64,000 nt of DNA from the NCBI GenBank assembly GCA_965227775.1, contig OZ245777.1, forward strand, positions 2,368,001 through 2,432,000. Reading direction: 5' to 3'. Origin of the DNA: Phycisphaerales bacterium. Its GTDB lineage: Bacteria; Planctomycetota; Phycisphaerae; Phycisphaerales; UBA1924. A program made the translations under genes and the position numbers. Each line of letters opens with the position of its first letter. The first letter of the stretch is position 1. Below the pieces are notes generated by a model that did no database searches, was not told the DNA's origin, and saw nothing but the letters and a program-made list of their open reading frames with translations. Of this stretch, positions 59,729 through 64,000 are shown in pieces.

Positions 59729-61345
59729 CTACGCGGTTGCGGCCAGCTGCCCGGCGGCGTCGTGCTGCTCGGCTTGCGGATCGATGCCGTAGTCCTCGCA
59801 CAACGACCACGCCGCGGTGACGCCGCTCATGAGCACCATGGGCACGCCTGGGCCCGGGTTCACGCTGCCACCCGCCAGATAGAGGTTGTCGAGCACCTTC
59901 GAGCGGTTTCGCGGCTTGAATCCGCCCTTGAGCCGGCCGTGCGATGCGAGTCCATAGATCGCTCCGCCGGTGGCATTGTACATGTGCTCGATCTGCGGCG
60001 GCGTGAGGTATCGCTCGACGGCGATGTGGTCCTCGATGTCTTCCATCCCGTGGTGCTTGAGCTTGTCGATGACGACGGGGCGATAGTCGACGAGCGTCTT
60101 GCCTGGCTTGCCACCGCGCTCGAGCCACTGGTGCTCGTCGGTGAGCGCAGCCGTGTGGATGAGGATGTAAAACGCCTCGCCGCCCTCTGGTGCCTGATCC
60201 GAGTCGGTGCGCGAGGGAGCGGCGATGTAGAGCGTGGGGTCGCGAGCAGGAATGCCCTTGCGATAGATGTCGTCAAACTCCTGGTGGCTGTCGCGCGAGA
60301 ACAGGAAGTTATGGTGCGCCAGATGGTCGTACTGCTTCCGCAGGCCGAGGTAGAGCACCAGCCCGCTGCAAGCCGGCTTGTAGTTGCCAGCGATGCGGCG
60401 GCGTTCGAGCGCTGCGCCGTCGGCACCCTCGAGCAGATCCCCGTAGGTCCGCTGCACGTCGCAGTTGGAGATGACGGCCGAACCCGTGATCTCGCGGCCG
60501 TCATCGAGCTGGACGCCCGTGGCGACGCCGCCGGAGCTCAAGATTTTGGCTACGCGATGTCCGGTGACGCGCTCGACGCCCAGTTCGTCGGCGATGCGGT
60601 CGAGCGATCGCGCGACCATGCGCGTGCCGCCCATCGGATACCAGCAGCCATGGTCGAGCTGGGCCGACGCGATGAGGCTGAGCACGGCCGGGGCCATGAA
60701 GGGGCTCGAGCCAACGTATTGCAGGAAGTGCTCGCACACCTGGCGCACGTGCGGCTCGGGAATCATCTTCTCGATCGTGGCACCCACCGTGGAATGCAGG
60801 CGCATGGCCATCGCGTCCTTCGCGACGCCGGGCTCGGTGGGTGGCTTCTTGATCATGTCGCCGATGCCGCCAAGGTCCTTGTAGAAGAAGACCTTCTCAC
60901 TCAGGCGGTACATCCGCTGGCTGAAGTTGTAGAACTTGAGCAACCCAGCTCCGGGCTTGGACTCAGGGAATTGCTCGTCCATCTCGCGGGCCCACTGCTG
61001 CGGGTCTCGTCGCAGGTCGATGCTGGTGCCGTCGTCGAAGAAGCAGCGCCATTGTGGGTCGAGATCGATCAGATCGATGTAGTCCGACGGCCGCCGGCCC
61101 GTACGGGAGATGATTCCCTTGAGAACCTGGGGCATCGTGATGATGGTGGGGCCCATGTCGAAGGTGAAGCCGTCTTCTTCGAGCAGGTTCATCTTGCCGC
61201 CAAGGTGGTTGTTGGCGTCGATGATGGTGATGGGAATGCCCTTGCCGGCAAGCTCGACGGCAGAAGACAGGCCCGCAAGCCCGCCGCCGACAATCACGAC
61301 GCCGCCATCCTTCAGTTGCTCGATCGAACGGTTGGGATCACCCAT
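59729..61345 (-). CDS. Phytoene desaturase-family FAD oxidoreductase, CrtP/CrtNb-like
   Basis: VIVGGGLAGL, DGFTFDMGPTIITMP, QYVGSSP, WYPMGG, GGAIYG, NLYLAGGSVNPGPGVPMVLMSG; AGGAGG RBS. Confidence 0.9.
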   Translation of the reverse strand: MGDPNRSIEQLKDGGVVIVGGGLAGLSSAVELAGKGIPITIIDANNHLGGKMNLLEEDGFTFDMGPTIITMPQVLKGIISRTGRRPSDYIDLIDLDPQWRCFFDDGTSIDLRRDPQQWAREMDEQFPESKPGAGLLKFYNFSQRMYRLSEKVFFYKDLGGIGDMIKKPPTEPGVAKDAMAMRLHSTVGATIEKMIPEPHVRQVCEHFLQYVGSSPFMAPAVLSLIASAQLDHGCWYPMGGTRMVARSLDRIADELGVERVTGHRVAKILSSGGVATGVQLDDGREITGSAVISNCDVQRTYGDLLEGADGAALERRRIAGNYKPACSGLVLYLGLRKQYDHLAHHNFLFSRDSHQEFDDIYRKGIPARDPTLYIAAPSRTDSDQAPEGGEAFYILIHTAALTDEHQWLERGGKPGKTLVDYRPVVIDKLKHHGMEDIEDHIAVERYLTPPQIEHMYNATGGAIYGLASHGRLKGGFKPRNRSKVLDNLYLAGGSVNPGPGVPMVLMSGVTAAWSLCEDYGIDPQAEQHDAAGQLAATA

Positions 61346-61395
61346 GAACGGCCTCCTGCGGCAGCGGCCAGTCCTTGGTCACTGCGTATGCAAGT

Positions 61396-63258
61396 TTAGC
61401 CTTCGCCGACGGTCTCTCCCGCCTCGGGCTCGCTGGTGATGCGGCCCATCCCCGGTAGCGGGAGGATTTCCCCGGTGCGGCCGACGCGGAGCTGGCCCGT
61501 GTCACGTAGGTATCGCAGGATCGCGACGCGTAGGTCGGTGAGCGCGGCATCGCGAGCGTTGCGCGCGTCGAGCAGCTCGGCGTTGGTATCGACGAACTCC
61601 TGCGGCGTGATCTCATCGCTGCGGATGTTCTGCTCTTCGAGACGCTGCTCGTTGATCTCGACCTGTCGTTCGGCCAGGATCAACTGGAAGCGAGCGACCT
61701 CGATGCTGCGAAGCCGGCTGCGCGCGTCGACGACGACCTGGTCTCGGGCTCGCTCGAAAGCGCGGATGGAGCGTTCGAGGTTAATCTGGCTGGACCGGAG
61801 ATTTAGGCGTTCGATCTCGCGGTCGAGTGGCAGGCTGAAGCGCATGCCGGCGAGGTAACGCATGCTGTCGGGGTCGAACCCCAGGCCGCCCTCGCGCTCG
61901 TCCGGATCGGTGGGCAAGCCGACCTCTGCGAACGCGTCGAGATCTGGCAAAAGGTTGTTGCGGCTGTTCGAGACCGCCCGGCGAGCATCGAGCACACGGT
62001 CGCGGATTGTCTGCAGATCGAGGCGGTAGAGCAATGCGAGCTGGGCGGCCTCGGTCGGGGTGGCCACGGGGTCGCTGAGCTCGAGCGTGAGCGGCGCGAG
62101 CGCGACAGGCGTGCTTGGGTCGAGCCCGAGGCGGATCTTGAAGCTATCGAGCGACACGATGTAGTTCTCGAAGGCGCCCTGCAGCCGGTTGTTGGCGCTC
62201 AGCACGCTGCTCTCTGTAATGGAGAGCTCAAAGAGCGCGATCTCGCCGGCTCGCTGTCTGGCCTGTTGCCGCTCGAGCGTGGCTCGGAGGTTTTCGAGCT
62301 GCTCCTGTTGGTTTCGGATGCTCGCGGCGGTCTGTAAGAGGCTGAAGTACTGGCTGGCGATTTCGACGACGAAGTCGCGGCGGAATCGCTCGAACGCGCG
62401 GGCCGCGTACACAAGATCGCGCTCCGCCTGGATCAGGTCTTCTCGTGCGACGTAGCCGGCGCCGCGGAGCAGGGGGATATCGCCCCCAAGCACGAGCTGC
62501 GAGGACTGGCGGTAGTCCTCGGTCGCGCTCGAGCGAAGCTGCTCTGTAGCGTCCACGATCCAACGGGCTGCCACGTCGCCGCCATAAGGCAGGCGCTGGG
62601 TGAGGCGAAGCTCATTGATGAGTGTGGCGGCGCTGTCAAAGGCCCCGTCGTCGCCCTGGCCGGCAACCTGGAGTGTCGTGTCATTGAAGAAGCGCGGGCC
62701 CCAGAGGTGGCGCTCGCGGAGCAGGCTGATCGCCGCCAGGATGTAGTCTTCCTGAGCGTCGAGGAACTCACGGCCTGTGCGCTGGCTCTGGGCGAGCACG
62801 CCGAACAGGTCGAGGATGACAACTTCGTCGGGAATCGAGACCGGCTCTTCGTCCCCGTCGCCTTCGCCTTCATCCGACTCGTCGTACCCACCGCCGGCGC
62901 CGACGGCAACCTGGATCGCATCGGACGCGTCGGTGTAGTACGTGTTCAGACGCTCTTCGACGGAGGTTGCCTCGAGTCGGGCGGCTTCGGCCTGCACGTA
63001 GAAGAGGTCTTGCGTGTCGGGGTTGCGGGTTTCGGGCGAACCCTCGAGCTGCGCGCTTCGATCGAGATCGCCCGAAGAGGTGTCAAAGTCGCGGTTGGCC
63101 GGGGTGGCCTGCGCGCCCAGCAGGGAAGAGCGATCGAGCACCAATTTGTCGATGCGTCGGTCGATGCGATCCATGCCTCCGCAGCCGGCCAGTCCGACGA
63201 GCAGGGCGGCGGCGGGGAGGGCAAACGCGATCGATCGGGAGCGGTGGGAAGGCTGCAT
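61396..63258 (-). CDS. TolC family outer-membrane efflux lipoprotein
   Basis: Lipobox LAGC; two OEP-like halves (LTQRLPYGG...GGDIPLLRGAG; RNNLLPDLD...FSLPLDR). Confidence 0.85.
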   Translation of the reverse strand: MQPSHRSRSIAFALPAAALLVGLAGCGGMDRIDRRIDKLVLDRSSLLGAQATPANRDFDTSSGDLDRSAQLEGSPETRNPDTQDLFYVQAEAARLEATSVEERLNTYYTDASDAIQVAVGAGGGYDESDEGEGDGDEEPVSIPDEVVILDLFGVLAQSQRTGREFLDAQEDYILAAISLLRERHLWGPRFFNDTTLQVAGQGDDGAFDSAATLINELRLTQRLPYGGDVAARWIVDATEQLRSSATEDYRQSSQLVLGGDIPLLRGAGYVAREDLIQAERDLVYAARAFERFRRDFVVEIASQYFSLLQTAASIRNQQEQLENLRATLERQQARQRAGEIALFELSITESSVLSANNRLQGAFENYIVSLDSFKIRLGLDPSTPVALAPLTLELSDPVATPTEAAQLALLYRLDLQTIRDRVLDARRAVSNSRNNLLPDLDAFAEVGLPTDPDEREGGLGFDPDSMRYLAGMRFSLPLDREIERLNLRSSQINLERSIRAFERARDQVVVDARSRLRSIEVARFQLILAERQVEINEQRLEEQNIRSDEITPQEFVDTNAELLDARNARDAALTDLRVAILRYLRDTGQLRVGRTGEILPLPGMGRITSEPEAGETVGEG

Positions 63259-63474
63259 GTGCGGCGATGGTACGGCGAGGCGCCTGTCAGGTTGCGATGC
63301 GTTGGGGATGGCGGCGACGCAAGTGCGACGAGCGATCGGATGCGCCGCGTGGGCTGGCCATTCGCGAAGAAGCGGTCTAATATCTCGGTTCACCAAAACC
63401 GGCGGTATTTGTTTGGGAAACGACCGGGTTTGCCGAACCACTGCTGCCGATGGGCCCGCAGGGAGCCACGCCTC

Positions 63475-64000
63475 ATGCCGACCGTGACCTTTGATAGCCG
63501 CAGCTTCATGCTCGACGGACGCCGCATTTGGATCGTCGGCGGCACCGTCTCGTACACGCACACGCCTCGCGCCGAGTGGGCCGACCGCCTGCACGCGGCG
63601 AAGCTGTCAGGCCTGAACACGGTCATGGTTCCTTTGGAGTGGTCGCGGCACGAGCCGCTGCCCGGGCAGTTCGACTTCGCCGGCGACGCCGACCTTCGCG
63701 CGTTCGTTGAGCTCGCACACGAGGCGGGGCTGTACGTCATTCTCCGGCTCGGCCCGGTGCTGGGCGACGACCACGACTTCGGCGGCCTGCCGACGTGGCT
63801 GACGCAATTGCCCGCCCATGAGCTGCGCGCCGACAGCGGGCCGTTCCTTGAGGCGTGCTCACGATACATCAGCGCCGTTGCCGACCAGATCCGCGACCTG
63901 CAGATCAACGCCGCGGGCAAGGGCGGGCCCATTTTGCTGGTGCAGAACGAGCACCAGTGGACGTGCGGCGACAACGAGCTCGGTCCAAAGTACCTCGGCG
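63475..64000 (+). CDS. GH35 beta-galactosidase-like protein, N-terminal part; runs off the window edge
   Basis: Not in ORF track. MPTVTFDSRSFMLDGRRIWIVGG...WADRLHAAKLSGLNTV...WSRHEPLPGQFDF...GLYVILRLGP...FGGLPTWL...GGPILLVQNE; GGGAG RBS. Confidence 0.88.
   Translation, partial: MPTVTFDSRSFMLDGRRIWIVGGTVSYTHTPRAEWADRLHAAKLSGLNTVMVPLEWSRHEPLPGQFDFAGDADLRAFVELAHEAGLYVILRLGPVLGDDHDFGGLPTWLTQLPAHELRADSGPFLEACSRYISAVADQIRDLQINAAGKGGPILLVQNEHQWTCGDNELGPKYLG

Overview
GC-rich bacterial chromosomal segment, most likely from a Planctomycetota of the order Phycisphaerales. This is inferred from five secreted proteins ending in the GC-type dockerin-like module, an excisionase-HTH/receiver regulator, a short PheT and C30-type carotenoid tailoring genes. 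It holds about 54 CDSs and no rRNA, tRNA, CRISPR array or recognisable mobile element. Housekeeping genes (riboflavin synthase, purH, guaB, tig, pheS, atpG, rsmD, ybeY, tsaB, arfB, leuS, pheT, an HscA-like Hsp70, phoH2) are scattered and mostly detached from their usual operons. Between them lie secreted or envelope proteins, a signalling cluster (HTH-REC, HDOD histidine kinase, pseudo-receiver-GAF), a 10-gene type II secretion/pseudopilus-like operon lacking ATPase and secretin, a carotenoid oxidase/acyltransferase/glycosyltransferase trio, TolC and a degenerate GH35. The most notable signals are: (1) a length-invariant 54-aa C-terminal Cys-to-Cys dockerin-like tag on five secreted passengers of several types, a candidate surface display system possibly linked to the T2SS-like operon; (2) a TAnnnT -10 box 5-9 nt before the start codon of eight SD-less genes, implying frequent leaderless transcription; (3) a cryptic 21-nt-phased motif array at 41.7 kb; (4) a ~120-aa insertion in LeuRS. 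Start codons were re-chosen by eye from RBS, -10 box and family N-termini. No database searches were run; family calls rest on recognised motifs.
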